Positions 1-10,520 of a DNA stretch of 64,000 nt are shown one piece after another; the stretch's first letter is position 1; each line of letters starts with the position of its first letter. Below the pieces are notes generated by a model that worked only from the letters and a program-made list of their open reading frames with translations, ran no database searches and was not told the origin of the DNA. Source of the DNA: an uncultured Gemmatimonas sp. (GTDB lineage Bacteria; Gemmatimonadota; Gemmatimonadetes; Longimicrobiales; Gaopeijiaceae); the NCBI GenBank assembly GCA_964490285.1, contig CAZBCN010000006.1, positions 13,720-77,719 of the forward strand. The letters are read 5' to 3'. The translations under genes and the position numbers were made by a program.

Positions 1-914
1 TCCGCTTCGGCTATCGGGGTCACACCGTCGTGTCGATGCCGCCCTCCTCGTCGGGAGGTGTCACGCTGGCCCTGACCGCGCATATCCTGTCCGCGTGGGA
101 TCTCGGTGACCTCCCTTGGCACGGCGAGAAGCACGTGCACCTGCTCGCGGAGGCGTGGAGGCGGGCCTACGCGGACCGCAACCACTACCTCGCCGACCCT
201 GACCACGCGAGGGTCCCGCTCGACGTGCTCACCTCCCCCGCCTACGGCGGTTGGCGGGCACGCGACATCCGCGAGGACCGGGCGAGCCGGTCCCTCGACG
301 TGGGTCCAGGACCAGGAGCCTTCGAAGGGACGCACACCACGCACGTCTCCGTCGTGGACGCGCGTGGGGGCGCCGTCTCCCTCACCACGACGCTCAACAC
401 CTGGTTCGGCAGCAAGGTGGTGGCGGAAGGGACGGGCGTGCTCCTCAACAACGAGATGGACGACTTCACCGCCAAGCCGGGCGCGCCGAACTTCTTCGGG
501 CTCGTCCAGGGCGCGGCCAACGCGATCGCGCCGGGCAAGCGCATGCTCTCGGCGATGACGCCGACGATGGTCCTGGATCCCTCGGGGCGACTGTCTCTCG
601 TCGTCGGAACCCCCGGCGGCGCCACGATCATGACCACCGCCTTCCAGGTGATCTCGAACTTGCTGGACCACCGCATGAGCCTGCCCGATGCCGTGGCCGC
701 TCCGCGCGTGCATCACCAGCACCTCCCGGACCGGATCCAGGTCGAGCCGGGCGGGGTGCCGCCCGCCGTCGCGGAAGCGCTCCGCTCCAGAGGGCACACG
801 GTCGTGGAGGGACCGGAGCACACCGGCGACGTCCAGGCGATTCGGGTGGGCGATGACGGCACGCTCGAAGGCGTCGCAGATCCCCGGCGCGGCGGGGTCG
901 CCCTCGGACGCTGA
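1..914 (+). CDS. ggt: gamma-glutamyltranspeptidase, C-terminal part (5' end lies outside the window)
   Basis: The frame of ORF 30..914 is open to the window edge. It carries GGT motifs THTTHVSVVD (small-subunit N-terminus), LNNEMDDFTAKPG and GTPGGATIMT. Confidence 0.85.
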   Translation, partial: RFGYRGHTVVSMPPSSSGGVTLALTAHILSAWDLGDLPWHGEKHVHLLAEAWRRAYADRNHYLADPDHARVPLDVLTSPAYGGWRARDIREDRASRSLDVGPGPGAFEGTHTTHVSVVDARGGAVSLTTTLNTWFGSKVVAEGTGVLLNNEMDDFTAKPGAPNFFGLVQGAANAIAPGKRMLSAMTPTMVLDPSGRLSLVVGTPGGATIMTTAFQVISNLLDHRMSLPDAVAAPRVHHQHLPDRIQVEPGGVPPAVAEALRSRGHTVVEGPEHTGDVQAIRVGDDGTLEGVADPRRGGVALGR

Positions 915-927
915 CGGAGGACGGAGC

Positions 928-2352
928 TCAGCCCCCCGTGCGCGCCTTCAGCGCATCGAGCAGCTTCCCATGGATCCCCCCGAAGCCGCCGTTCGACATG
1001 ACGAGAAGGACGTCTCCGGAACGCGCCTCGGACGCCATCGTCCGTACGATATCCGCGACCTCGGGGATGTAGTCTGCCGCGACGCCATCGGCTCGCACCC
1101 CCGCGACCAGCTCCGACGGATCCATGCCGGTGCGACGGTCGTAGCGCTCCGGGTGGAAGAGCCCCGCGAGGATCACGCGGTCGGCGGTCGCGAGAGCGGC
1201 ACGAAACGCGTCCTGGAATTCACGGCGCTGCGCCGTGTAGCTCCGTGGCTCGAAGATCGCAACCACACGCGCGCCCGCAAAACGCTGGCGGACCGCGTGG
1301 ATGGTCTCGCGCACGGCGGTCGGATGGTGCGCGAAGTCGTCGACGACCCGCACCCCTCCGACCTCGCCGCGGAGCTCCATCCGCCTGCGCACGCTCTCGA
1401 ACGAAGCGAGACCCTGGCGGATGCCCTCCCACGACGCGCCCACCGCCCGGGCCGCGGCCACGGCCGCGAGACAGTTCTTCACGTTGAAGCCACCTGTGAG
1501 CGGCGTCGCGAATCGCCCGAGCGAGGCCCCGTCATGGAGCAACGTGAACGTCGAGCCGTCCGCACCGTACTCGATGTCCTGCGCGCGCCAGCGCGGGTGG
1601 ACGCCCGTGGCGCCGCTTCCCTCGTCGAGTGCGTACGACTCCACCGGCGCGAATGAGCGGGCCGCGAGATCACGCTCGAAGTCCCCCTCCCATCCGAGGA
1701 CGAGCGCGCCCGTGCGGGGTACGAGGTTCACGAAGCGCTCGAACGCGAAACGATAGGCGATCTCGTCTCGATAGATATCGGCGTGGTCGAACTCCACGTT
1801 GGTCACCACCGCCGTGCGTGGCAGGTAGTGCCACATCTTGGGGCCCTTGTCGAAGTACGCCGTGTCGTACTCGTCGGCCTCGACCACGAAGAAACTCGAG
1901 CCGCGCAGCCGGAAGGAGCTGCCGAAGTTCTCCGCCACCCCTCCTATCAGGAACGACGGGTCGAGCCCGGCGCATTCCAGGAGCCAGGCGAGGATCGACG
2001 TCGTGGTGGTCTTTCCGTGCGTACCGGCCACGGCGAGCACGTGCCTGCCACGCAGAAACTCCTCCTTCAGCACCACGGCCGCCGAAGTGTATCGGAGGCC
2101 CCGGTCCAGCACCGCCTCCAACTCCTCATTGCCGCGACTGATCGCATTCCCCACGACCACGACATCAGGAGTCGGATCGAGGTTCGCCGGATCGAACTCT
2201 CGTGCGTAGGTGATGCCCAGCTCTTCGAGCATCGTGGACATGGGTGGGTACACGCCCTCGTCCGAACCCGTGACGGTATGTCCTTTCGCCCGCAGCAGAC
2301 CCGCCAGCGACGCCATGGCGGTCCCGGCGATGCCTATGAAGTGATAGCGCAT
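928..2352 (-). CDS. mpl: UDP-N-acetylmuramate:L-alanyl-gamma-D-glutamyl-meso-DAP ligase (murein peptide ligase)
   Basis: N-terminus [20 protein letters not shown], then [12 protein letters not shown]-loop and Mur-ligase middle and C domains. I chose the ATG at 2352 (TGATG overlap with the spmB-like stop) over the ORF-track start at 2379. Confidence 0.85.
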   Translation of the reverse strand: MRYHFIGIAGTAMASLAGLLRAKGHTVTGSDEGVYPPMSTMLEELGITYAREFDPANLDPTPDVVVVGNAISRGNEELEAVLDRGLRYTSAAVVLKEEFLRGRHVLAVAGTHGKTTTTSILAWLLECAGLDPSFLIGGVAENFGSSFRLRGSSFFVVEADEYDTAYFDKGPKMWHYLPRTAVVTNVEFDHADIYRDEIAYRFAFERFVNLVPRTGALVLGWEGDFERDLAARSFAPVESYALDEGSGATGVHPRWRAQDIEYGADGSTFTLLHDGASLGRFATPLTGGFNVKNCLAAVAAARAVGASWEGIRQGLASFESVRRRMELRGEVGGVRVVDDFAHHPTAVRETIHAVRQRFAGARVVAIFEPRSYTAQRREFQDAFRAALATADRVILAGLFHPERYDRRTGMDPSELVAGVRADGVAADYIPEVADIVRTMASEARSGDVLLVMSNGGFGGIHGKLLDALKARTGG

Positions 2353-2894
2353 CAGCCGAAGAGCAGGCTCACGGTCCACACCGCGAGCAGCGTCGCGGCG
2401 AAGTCGGCGGTGAGGCCCGCGCCGATCGCATGGCGGGTGCGGCGAATGTTCACCGCGCCGAAGTACACCGCGACGACGTAGAACGTCGTCTCGCTCGAGC
2501 CGTACATCACCGCGGCCATCTTCACGAGTATCGAGTCCTCACCGTACGTGCGGATCATCTCGGCGACGAGCGCGGCGGAGCCCGAACCGCTCAGCGGTCG
2601 CAGGATCGCCATGGGGAGGACCTCCGCCGGGAAACCGATCAATGCCAGCACCGGGCGCAGCACGTCCGTCATGAAGTCCATCGCACCGCTGGCACGGAAC
2701 ATCCCGATCGCGAACAGGATGGCGACGAGGTAGGGGATGATGCGCACCGCGACCTGGAAGCCCTCCTTGGCACCGTCGACGAACGCCTCGTAGACGGGCA
2801 CGCGCTTGTAGAGCCCGTAGATCGGGAAGGCCACGAGCACCGCTGGAATCACGAAGACCGAGACGAGACCGATCGTTTGGCGGATGATTTCCAT
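2352..2894 (-). CDS. nucleoside-recognition-domain membrane protein, SpmB-like
   Basis: 180-aa polytopic membrane ORF. N-terminus [19 protein letters not shown]...[12 protein letters not shown] resembles spore-maturation-protein-B family proteins. Lies directly downstream of the SpmA-like gene. Confidence 0.7.
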   Translation of the reverse strand: MEIIRQTIGLVSVFVIPAVLVAFPIYGLYKRVPVYEAFVDGAKEGFQVAVRIIPYLVAILFAIGMFRASGAMDFMTDVLRPVLALIGFPAEVLPMAILRPLSGSGSAALVAEMIRTYGEDSILVKMAAVMYGSSETTFYVVAVYFGAVNIRRTRHAIGAGLTADFAATLLAVWTVSLLFG

Positions 2895-2900
2895 GGAGCT

Positions 2901-3914
2901 TCAGACCGACCCGCTCGACGGGGGCGCGGCCGCGGCTGCCCCACCCCGATGGGGATCCGTGGCGCGGTTCCCCGGCAGGCGTCCGTAGACTCGGACGGCG
3001 ACGATGGCTACGACCAGCGAGAGCCCGGTGGTGATCAGAATGGGGAAGATCAGCTGATTGACCCCGAGTCCGAGCAGCGCAAGCAGCAGCACGGGCGGCA
3101 TGATCTGCACGCTCGCGGTGTTGATCGCGAGAAGCATGACCATGGAGTTGGTCGCCGTTTCCTTCTCGGGGTTGAGCGTCTGGAGCTCCTCCATCGCCTT
3201 GATCCCGAACGGCGTCGCCGCATTGCCGAGCCCGAAAACGTTCGCCGTCAGGTTGAGCGCGATCATGCTGAGCGCCGGGTGGTCCGGCGGGATCTCGGGG
3301 AAGAGCGGGCGGAGCACGGGCCGGACGAAGCGCACCAGCGAATGGATGATGCCTGCCTGCTCGCCGATCTTGAGGAGCCCCAGGAAGAGCGCGAGCACGC
3401 CGATCAGGCCGAGCGCGATCTCCGCGGCGGTCGTGGCGAAGTCGAGGGCCGCCTGCCCGATCGCGTTCATCTTGACGAAGCGGACGGGTTCGAACCGGAC
3501 GGCGGCTCCGATCACGCTCGTGGCTCCGGCGGCTGGAACGGCGAACTGCGTGAGCGTGCCCTGCAGCTCGCCGTCCTGGGACTGCGACACGCCTCGAATG
3601 GTGGCGAGTGGCTCGGGGAGCGATGCGCCCGCGTCGAAGCGCAACTGCCGGCCCTCGAGCGACTGGACGAGCTCTCCTGCATAGGTTGCGGCCGGCACGG
3701 CCTCCGTGCCGTAGAAGGCCCGGTACGCATTCGGCTCGAGGCGGATCTCGACGGTGACGGCCCGCGCCTCCGCGTCGTAGTCCGCCGGCACCACCACCTC
3801 GACCGGCAGGGACTCCCCGTTTCGATAGGTGCCGCGCGCGAGGTCCCCCACATCGAACCAGAGCGCGAAGACCAAGCTGGCGACGATCAGCCCGGACCAG
3901 ATGTAGTTGAGCAT
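2901..3914 (-). CDS. nucleoside-recognition-domain membrane protein, SpmA-like, with a soluble insertion of about 130 aa
   Basis: [16 protein letters not shown] start and a C-terminal [18 protein letters not shown] motif are typical of the SpmA/Gate family. A non-membrane segment sits after TM1. Confidence 0.7.
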   Translation of the reverse strand: MLNYIWSGLIVASLVFALWFDVGDLARGTYRNGESLPVEVVVPADYDAEARAVTVEIRLEPNAYRAFYGTEAVPAATYAGELVQSLEGRQLRFDAGASLPEPLATIRGVSQSQDGELQGTLTQFAVPAAGATSVIGAAVRFEPVRFVKMNAIGQAALDFATTAAEIALGLIGVLALFLGLLKIGEQAGIIHSLVRFVRPVLRPLFPEIPPDHPALSMIALNLTANVFGLGNAATPFGIKAMEELQTLNPEKETATNSMVMLLAINTASVQIMPPVLLLALLGLGVNQLIFPILITTGLSLVVAIVAVRVYGRLPGNRATDPHRGGAAAAAPPSSGSV

Positions 3915-4064
3915 CGACGCGGGACCGGGTGGGACGGCTGCAGGCGGGTGGGCTCTAACTATCGACGCGGCGCGGGGTCCCGCAAGGCGCCCGCCGCCTG
4001 CGGGACTCCATCGGATCCCGTGACCCGGTTACAATCCGTCGACCCACGGCGAGGGAGCGACAGC

Positions 4065-4898
4065 ATGGAGGAGACGGCGGACCCGGGCACGCGAGCGCAG
4101 GGGCGTGTATCGGTCTCCGGTCTCCGGTCCCGCAAGGGAGGTCAGCCGATCGTCTGCCTGACGGCCTATACGACTCCGGTCGCGCAGCGCCTCGATCCGT
4201 ACGTGGACCTCCTGCTCGTCGGCGACTCGGTAGCCATGGTCGTTTACGGCATGGGCACCACGCGAGACGTGACGCTGGAGACGATGATCGCGCATGGGGC
4301 GGCCGTCATGCGCGGCGCGAAGCGAGCATGTGTGATCGTCGATCTTCCGCGCGGCTCGTACGAGCGGAGCCCTCAGTACGCGTTCGCGTCCGCGAGCCAG
4401 GTCATGGACCGGACCGGCGCGCAGGGCGTGAAGATGGAGGGCGGCGTCGAGCTCGCCGAAACGATCCAACATCTGGTCGAGCGCGGGATCCCGGTGATGG
4501 GGCACGTGGGGCTGCTGCCCCAGCGCGTGAGCCATCGACGTGACTTCAAGATCCAGGGTCGGGACGAGGACTCCTGGCGACGCGTCTTCGAGGATGGACT
4601 CGCGGTCGCCGAGTCCGGCGCCTTCTGTATGGTGATCGAAGGCACGGTGGAGCCGCTCGCACGCGCGCTGACCGAGGCGGTCCCGATCCCGACGATCGGC
4701 ATCGGCGCCTCGCCTTCGTGCGACGGCCAGATCCTCGTCACCGACGACCTGCTCGGTCTGTTCAGCGATTTCACGCCGAAGTTCGTCAAGCGCTACGCCG
4801 AGATCGGCGAGGCGATCGAGCGCGCGGTCGCGACCTACGCCGAGGACGTCCGGGCAAGGGCGTTCCCCGGCCCCGAGCACACCTTCCGCGAGCGCTGA
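4065..4898 (+). CDS. panB: 3-methyl-2-oxobutanoate hydroxymethyltransferase
   Basis: C-terminal 277 aa of ORF 2430..4898, starting at ATG 4065. Motifs: [36 protein letters not shown]. Confidence 0.9.
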   Translation: MEETADPGTRAQGRVSVSGLRSRKGGQPIVCLTAYTTPVAQRLDPYVDLLLVGDSVAMVVYGMGTTRDVTLETMIAHGAAVMRGAKRACVIVDLPRGSYERSPQYAFASASQVMDRTGAQGVKMEGGVELAETIQHLVERGIPVMGHVGLLPQRVSHRRDFKIQGRDEDSWRRVFEDGLAVAESGAFCMVIEGTVEPLARALTEAVPIPTIGIGASPSCDGQILVTDDLLGLFSDFTPKFVKRYAEIGEAIERAVATYAEDVRARAFPGPEHTFRER

Positions 4899-4901
4899 CG
4901 G

Positions 4902-5765
4902 ATGGTCACCGTCACCACGGTCGCCGCGCTGCGCGCGCGGATCAGGGACTGGCGCCGAGCCGGAGATTCCATCGGGCTCGTCCCGACCATGGGGGCGCTG
5001 CACGCAGGACACCTGAGCCTGATCCGTCACGTGCGCGCACTGACGACACGCACGTGCGCGACGGTCTTCGTGAACCCCACGCAATTCGCGCCGGGCGAGG
5101 ACTTCGCCAAGTATCCGCGCGATCCGAGCGGCGACGAAGCGCGGCTGCGCAGCGAGGGCGTGGATGTCCTCTTCATGCCCGATGTCTCCGAGATGTACGC
5201 CGCCGATCACTCGACGCGGGTGCGCGTCGAGGGCCTCGGTGACACGCTCGACGGCACGTTTCGCCCCGGACACTTCGAGGGCGTCGCGACCGTCGTGACC
5301 AAGCTGCTCCTCCAGGCGCTCCCCGACGTCGCCGTCTTCGGTGAGAAAGACTGGCAACAGCTGCAGGTGGTCATGCGTCTGGTCCGCGACCTCGATGTCC
5401 CCGTTCGGATCGAAGCCGCACCCACGGTGCGTGAGGCGGATGGGCTCGCGCTCTCGTCGCGCAATGCCTACCTGACGCCTGAAGAGCGAGCCATCGCGCC
5501 GGCGCTCTTCAGTATTCTCACTCGTGTCGCAGTACACGTCGCTGCGGGCGGCTCTCCTGAGCGCGAGTGTGCGAGGGCCGTGGGTGATCTCGAGCAGGCC
5601 GGCTTCGGCCGCGTCGATTACGTGACGGTGCGAGACGCCGAGACACTCGAGCCCGTGCACGACCCATCACGCCCCGCCCGGGTGCTCGCCGCCGCCTGGC
5701 TCGGACGAGCTCGACTGATCGACAACGTACCAGTTTCCCAACCCCAAACCGCCCCAAGTCCATGA
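4902..5765 (+). CDS. panC: pantoate--beta-alanine ligase
   Basis: GLVPTMGALHAGHLSL motif. Starts 3 nt after the panB stop. Confidence 0.9.
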   Translation: MVTVTTVAALRARIRDWRRAGDSIGLVPTMGALHAGHLSLIRHVRALTTRTCATVFVNPTQFAPGEDFAKYPRDPSGDEARLRSEGVDVLFMPDVSEMYAADHSTRVRVEGLGDTLDGTFRPGHFEGVATVVTKLLLQALPDVAVFGEKDWQQLQVVMRLVRDLDVPVRIEAAPTVREADGLALSSRNAYLTPEERAIAPALFSILTRVAVHVAAGGSPERECARAVGDLEQAGFGRVDYVTVRDAETLEPVHDPSRPARVLAAAWLGRARLIDNVPVSQPQTAPSP

Positions 5766-7024
5766 CGATCCCCTTCAGCACCTTCGCTTCGTCCATCCGT
5801 GTCGAGACGGCCTTCTCCGTCCTCGCCGTCGCCAAGCGCCTCAAGGCCGAGGGCAAGGACGTCGTCGAGCTCGAGATCGGCGACAGCCCCTTCGCCACCC
5901 CGACGGTCGCAGTCGACGCCGCGGCGCGGGCGGTTCGCGAGGGCCATACGCGGTACGGCCCGTCGATGGGTCTACCGGAGTATCGGTCGGCGGCGGCGAC
6001 CTACCTGAACCGCGAGTACGCGCTCGGCGTCTCCGCCGAGAACGTGATCGCCGGCCAGGGTGCGAAGATCTTCGAGCAACTGTTCTGCGAGGCGTTCCTC
6101 GACGCCGGCGACGGCGTCCTCGTCTTCAGTCCCCACTTCCCCACCTATCCTCCCAACATCGAGCGGCGCGCCGCCCGTGTGGTGCTCTCGCGGCTGGAGG
6201 CTTCGCGCGACTTCCGGCCCGATCCCGCCGAGGTGCGCCGCTTCCTGAAGGACGATCCGCGCCCTCGCGCCATCTTCCTCAACAGCCCGCACAACCCTAC
6301 CGGGGGCGTGGCCACGCTCGACGACTTCCGTGCCATCGCGGAAGCGGTGAAGGGAACCGACATCGTCATCTTCAGCGACGAACCGTACGACCGCATGGTC
6401 TGGAAGGGTCGCCACCATTCGCCCCTCGAGGTGCCGGGGATGATGGAGAGGACCGTGGCCGCCTACACCTTCTCGAAGTCGTTCAGCATGAGCGGGTGGC
6501 GGTTGGGATTCGCGGTGGGTGCACCCGCGACCATCGACATGCTCGGCAAGCTGACGAACACGACGCTCTCATGCGTGCCTCCGTTCGTGCAGATGGCCGG
6601 GGTCGCGGCCCTCGAGCACGCCCGTGACGAGCGCGACCGCACCATGCAGGAGTTCAGGAGAAAGATCGAGCTCCTGGTGGCCGCGCTCGGCCGCGTCGAG
6701 GGCATCACCTGTGCCATGCCTGGTGGGACGTTCTACGCGTTCCCCTCCGTAGCGGGTGTCTGCAACCGGCTCGGCATCACCTCGCACGGACTCGCCATGT
6801 ACCTGCTCGAGGGCGCCGACCCGAAGCGCGGTGTCGCCTGCTTGGGCGGGGAGTGCTTCGGCGAGGCGGGTGCCGGCTTCCTGCGTCTCAGCTGCGCGGA
6901 GCCGGATGACCGGCTGAGCACGGCGGTCGACTTCATCGCGGCCGCGGTGACGCGTGGGGACCGGGTGTCGGGGTATCTGGCGGGTCATCCAGAGTACCGA
7001 CTGGCCGAGCCGTACGGCGTCTAG
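5762..7024 (+). CDS. PLP-dependent aminotransferase, class I/II (aspartate aminotransferase-like)
   Basis: NSPHNPTGG and YTFSKSFSMSGWRLG (PLP-lysine) motifs. ATGA overlap with the panC stop. Confidence 0.85.
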   Translation: MTIPFSTFASSIRVETAFSVLAVAKRLKAEGKDVVELEIGDSPFATPTVAVDAAARAVREGHTRYGPSMGLPEYRSAAATYLNREYALGVSAENVIAGQGAKIFEQLFCEAFLDAGDGVLVFSPHFPTYPPNIERRAARVVLSRLEASRDFRPDPAEVRRFLKDDPRPRAIFLNSPHNPTGGVATLDDFRAIAEAVKGTDIVIFSDEPYDRMVWKGRHHSPLEVPGMMERTVAAYTFSKSFSMSGWRLGFAVGAPATIDMLGKLTNTTLSCVPPFVQMAGVAALEHARDERDRTMQEFRRKIELLVAALGRVEGITCAMPGGTFYAFPSVAGVCNRLGITSHGLAMYLLEGADPKRGVACLGGECFGEAGAGFLRLSCAEPDDRLSTAVDFIAAAVTRGDRVSGYLAGHPEYRLAEPYGV

Positions 7025-7111
7025 GCGCGCCCCATCCCCGGTGCGGCCAGGGAACCGTCGCGGGATCCGCGCACACGAAGCCGGTGCCGGACTCGCTCGT
7101 GCCGGGCGAAA

Positions 7112-7148
7112 CCCGACGCCCCGCCTGGGCGTAGGGTGGGGCGTCGGG
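7112..7148 (+). other. GC-rich hairpin: 11-bp stem CCCGACGCCCC / GGGGCGTCGGG with a 15-nt loop
   Basis: Read directly in the aminotransferase-permease spacer. No T-run follows. It covers the ORF-track ATG at 7136, which supports the later permease start at 7175. Confidence 0.3.
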
Positions 7149-7174
7149 ATGACCATCGCGACTCGCGAGGAACG

Positions 7175-9601
7175 ATGATCGAGTTCTTGGGAGAGCTGCG
7201 CTACGCCGGCAGGATGCTGCTCAAGCACCCCGGCGTTTCCGGTCTCGCGATCGTCGCGCTCGGACTGGGAATCGGGCTGCCCGCCGTGATGTTCAGCATC
7301 GTCTACGGCGGGATGCTTCGCCCGCTCCCCTTCGAGAACGGCGAGCGACTCCTCACCGTCGGATGGGTGGATCGCGAGCTCGACTCGGACGTGTTGGGGG
7401 TCCCGGCGCACGACTACTACGACTGGGTCGCGACGCAGAGCTCGTACGACCAGCTCGCCGCCTATTACGAAGGCACGGTCAACGTCCGCTGGATCGACGC
7501 GCCAGAGCGCTTCGACGGCGCGTTCGTCACGTCGAATTTTTTCAGCACGCTCGGCGTGCAACCGCAGGCCGGTAGGGTGTTCCGCGAGGAAGAAGATGAC
7601 TTCGGCTCCCCGGCCACGGTCGTCTTGTCCCACCGCATCTGGGCGGATCGCTTCGGCTCCGATCCGGCGGTGCTCGGCCAGGTCGTGACGGTGAACGGGG
7701 AGCCCGCCGAGATCATCGGTGTCATGCCGGACGGATTCCGCTTTCCCAACGTTCAGGAGATCTGGGTGCCGCTGCGCCGCGACGTGCTCGGCGTGCCGCG
7801 CGGCGAGGGCTTCCCGCTCACCGTGTTCGGGACGCTCGCCGAGGGGGTGACACGGGACGCAGCCATGCTCGAGCTGTCCGGCATCATGTCGCGCCTGGCC
7901 CTTGAGTATCCCGATACGAACGAGCGCATGGTCACGCCGGCGATGCTCCCCTTCCCCGAGCGATTCATCGGCCCAGAGGGGAAGGCGCTGCTCTACAGCA
8001 TGCTCGCCACGGTCTCGCTCGTGTTGCTGATCGCTTGCGCCAACGTGGCGAACCTGCTGCTCGCCCGTGCAGCAGTCCGCACACGTGAGGTCGGCATCCG
8101 CACCGCGATCGGAGCCAGCCGCGCGCGCGTGATCCGCCAGATGGTCCTGGAGGCCTTTGCCATCGCCGCGGTCGCGGCTCTCCTCGGTACGGGCGTCGCC
8201 TGGCTGGGCACTGAGTACTTCGCGCGAGCGATCGTGGTGTCGAATCCGCCTTTCTGGATGGTCTTCCGGCTCGATGCCCCCGTGCTGGTCTTCATCGTCT
8301 TGGGAGCGATGGTCGCCGCGCTGGTGGCGGGCGGCATCCCGGCGCTCAAGGCCTCCGGCGCGGATGTGAGCTCGGTGCTCAAGGACGAGTCGCGCGGATC
8401 GTCGAGCCTCCGCATCGGGCGGCTGAGCCGCGTGCTCGTGGTCGGGCAGATCGCGATGTCGCTGGGGCTGCTCGTGGCAGCCGGGCTCATGACCAAGAGC
8501 ATCGCCACCCTCCGAAACTACGACTACCCGTTCGAGACCGATGCGGTCTTCACGGCGCGTGTCGGGCTCTTCGAGGCGGACTTCCCGGACTCGGTCTCCC
8601 GCCATGCCTTCTATCGCGACGTCGAGGCGCGTCTCCGAGAGATCCCGGAGGTTCGCTTCGCCGCCCTCGGGACCGTGCTGCCGGGACTCGGCTCGGGAGG
8701 TGGCTTCATCGCCATCGAGGGCGCGACGTACGCCCAGGACGGCGACTACCCACGGGCGGAGTCGGGCCAGGTGAGCCCGGGATACTTCGCCACCGTCGGT
8801 GCCGAAGTCCTGCGCGGCCGCGAGTTCGACCTCCAGGACGACGCCGACGCCATGCCGGTCGCCATCGTCAACCAGAGTTTCGGCGACCGCCATTTTCCAG
8901 CCGGGAACGCCCTGGGTGCTCGATTTCGCGAGGGCAACGCGAGCAGCACCCAGCCCTGGCGAACCATCGTGGGCGTGGTCCCCGACCTGCACATGCAGGG
9001 CATGAGCGACACGCGATCCGACCAGTCGGGCTACTACGTCCCCATCGCTCAAGGCGACGCGCGCTTCATGAGTCTTCTCGCGCGGGGCCCGGCGGACCCG
9101 ATGTCGCTCAGCGCAGCGGTCCGCTCCGCCGTGGCCTCGGTGCATCCCGATACCCCGCTCTATTTCGTGCAGACGCTCCAGTCGCGCATCGACGAAGAGA
9201 CCTGGGTCTTCAACATCTTCGGGACGCTCTTCCTCGCCTTCGGCGGCGTCGCGCTCTTCCTCGCGTCGATCGGCCTCTACGGGGTGATGGCGTTCACCGT
9301 CGCACGGCGCACGCCCGAGGTCGGCATTCGCCTCGCGTTGGGCGCGACCCGGGGCCAAGTGCTCTCGCTGGTCATGCGGCAGGGGCTCGGTCAGGTCGCG
9401 CTCGGCCTCCTACTGGGCTCCGGCGTGGCCGCGCTCGCCTCTCGGGGCCTCGCGCTCGTCCTATTCCAAGTGAGCCCCTACGACCCGATCGTGTTCAGTG
9501 GGATTGCCTTCGTTCTCGCTTCGACCGGCGCGCTCGCCACGCTGATCCCGGCGAGCCGAGCGAGCAAGGCCGACCCCGCGAATGCCCTGCGGTACGACTG
9601 A
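7175..9601 (+). CDS. ABC transporter permease, duplicated FtsX/MacB-type (ADOP family)
   Basis: N-terminus MIEFLGELRYAGRMLLKHPG is typical of duplicated orphan permeases. Two MacB_PCD plus FtsX modules. C-terminus ASKADPANALRYD. Confidence 0.85.
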   Translation: MIEFLGELRYAGRMLLKHPGVSGLAIVALGLGIGLPAVMFSIVYGGMLRPLPFENGERLLTVGWVDRELDSDVLGVPAHDYYDWVATQSSYDQLAAYYEGTVNVRWIDAPERFDGAFVTSNFFSTLGVQPQAGRVFREEEDDFGSPATVVLSHRIWADRFGSDPAVLGQVVTVNGEPAEIIGVMPDGFRFPNVQEIWVPLRRDVLGVPRGEGFPLTVFGTLAEGVTRDAAMLELSGIMSRLALEYPDTNERMVTPAMLPFPERFIGPEGKALLYSMLATVSLVLLIACANVANLLLARAAVRTREVGIRTAIGASRARVIRQMVLEAFAIAAVAALLGTGVAWLGTEYFARAIVVSNPPFWMVFRLDAPVLVFIVLGAMVAALVAGGIPALKASGADVSSVLKDESRGSSSLRIGRLSRVLVVGQIAMSLGLLVAAGLMTKSIATLRNYDYPFETDAVFTARVGLFEADFPDSVSRHAFYRDVEARLREIPEVRFAALGTVLPGLGSGGGFIAIEGATYAQDGDYPRAESGQVSPGYFATVGAEVLRGREFDLQDDADAMPVAIVNQSFGDRHFPAGNALGARFREGNASSTQPWRTIVGVVPDLHMQGMSDTRSDQSGYYVPIAQGDARFMSLLARGPADPMSLSAAVRSAVASVHPDTPLYFVQTLQSRIDEETWVFNIFGTLFLAFGGVALFLASIGLYGVMAFTVARRTPEVGIRLALGATRGQVLSLVMRQGLGQVALGLLLGSGVAALASRGLALVLFQVSPYDPIVFSGIAFVLASTGALATLIPASRASKADPANALRYD

Positions 9602-9608
9602 CGATCGG

Positions 9609-9755
9609 CTAGAAGAAGGGGTCGATGATCACAAAGACCAGATAGCCTGCTATCGCCAGAAGGGTCACGACCACCGATATCTTGGTCGCGAGCGACACCT
9701 CGTCGAGAAACGACCCCTCCGATTTCTCGGGCTCCGGGCCCCCGCGTTCGTTCAT
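9609..9755 (-). CDS. possible 48-aa single-pass membrane micro-protein
   Basis: Not in the ORF track because it is under 60 aa. Sequence: MNERGGPEPEKSEGSFLDEVSLATKISVVVTLLAIAGYLVFVIIDPFF. GC3 is about 80 percent. It starts 17 nt after the upstream gene stop. No clear SD. Confidence 0.3.
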   Translation of the reverse strand: MNERGGPEPEKSEGSFLDEVSLATKISVVVTLLAIAGYLVFVIIDPFF

Positions 9756-9772
9756 GCCAGTTCGCCGGCGGC

Positions 9773-10459
9773 TCAGGCCTCCGGCCGTCCCGCGTTGATG
9801 AGCACCTCGGCGACGGTGACGTCCACCTTCGCGCCCGCCACGTTCAGCGTCGTCTTGAACGGCACCCAGAGGCTCTCGATGGGCAGGAAACCCTCCATGT
9901 CGATCTGGATCGTCAGCTCCGCGGGTCCGGCAGCAGTCGCGGCCTCTCCGACGAGCACGACCCTCCTGGGCACGAACATGGTCGTATCGACGTAGAGGCG
10001 AACCGACTTGGCGGTGAACTCCGTCGAGCCCGCGCCGCTCGGGGGCAGGATCGCCAGCACGCTCGCGTCGTCGACCGCGATCACGTGCACCGTGAAGTTT
10101 CCGATCGGCTCGGTCCCCTCGTAACGCCCGTGCTCGATCAGCCGCGGACCATAGAGGAAGACGTCTCCCAAACCGAACTCCTCCCCGGCAAGACTCAGAC
10201 TGAACCCCTGCCCGTCCGACATCTGGAGTCGGAAGACCGGATGTCCGCCGATCAGCTCCTTCTCGAAGTAGCTGAACGTCTCGACACCCATGACCAACTG
10301 GGTCAGCGTGTAGTCCTGCACACCGGCTGCCTGGCGCTCGGCGGCCGCGTACATGCCTTCCATCACCTCCGTGACGGACTGCGCTCCCGCCGGACGCGTC
10401 GCGACGAGCGCGAAAACGATCGCGGAACCGAGACTTGCGGCGATGCGACGCATGTTCAT
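9773..10459 (-). CDS. exported protein, LolA-like / outer-membrane lipoprotein-sorting fold (tentative)
   Basis: Internal start MNMRRIAASLGSAIVFALVATRPAGAQ is a signal peptide. The mostly beta composition resembles LolA-fold proteins, but the family was not verified. Confidence 0.45.
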   Translation of the reverse strand: MNMRRIAASLGSAIVFALVATRPAGAQSVTEVMEGMYAAAERQAAGVQDYTLTQLVMGVETFSYFEKELIGGHPVFRLQMSDGQGFSLSLAGEEFGLGDVFLYGPRLIEHGRYEGTEPIGNFTVHVIAVDDASVLAILPPSGAGSTEFTAKSVRLYVDTTMFVPRRVVLVGEAATAAGPAELTIQIDMEGFLPIESLWVPFKTTLNVAGAKVDVTVAEVLINAGRPEA

Positions 10460-10520
10460 CTCCTGGCGGCCCGTTCGGCCGTCTCGACTCGACGCAGCTC
10501 CGAGCCGGGCCCCGGCTCGG

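Noticed and set aside
3483-3500. GGGTTCGAACC, similar to a tRNA T-loop.
   Set aside because: It lies inside the spmA-like coding sequence. No acceptor, D or anticodon arms can be built around it.
2430-4064. N-terminal 545 codons of the 822-aa plus-strand ORF 2430..4898.
   Set aside because: It is antisense to the well-supported spmB-like and spmA-like membrane genes. The sequence is Arg/His/Asp/Glu-rich low complexity with no motifs. Only the last 277 codons (panB) are real. This is a typical high-GC shadow ORF.
4029-5660. 543-aa minus-strand ORF.
   Set aside because: It is antisense to panB and panC, which have unambiguous motifs. It has no recognisable domains.
6569-9358. 929-aa minus-strand ORF, the longest antisense ORF in the window.
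   Set aside because: It lies entirely opposite the ADOP permease and the end of the aminotransferase gene. The composition is dominated by R, E, D, H, G and A with no TM segments or motifs, and it shares the high-GC third codon position with the sense gene.
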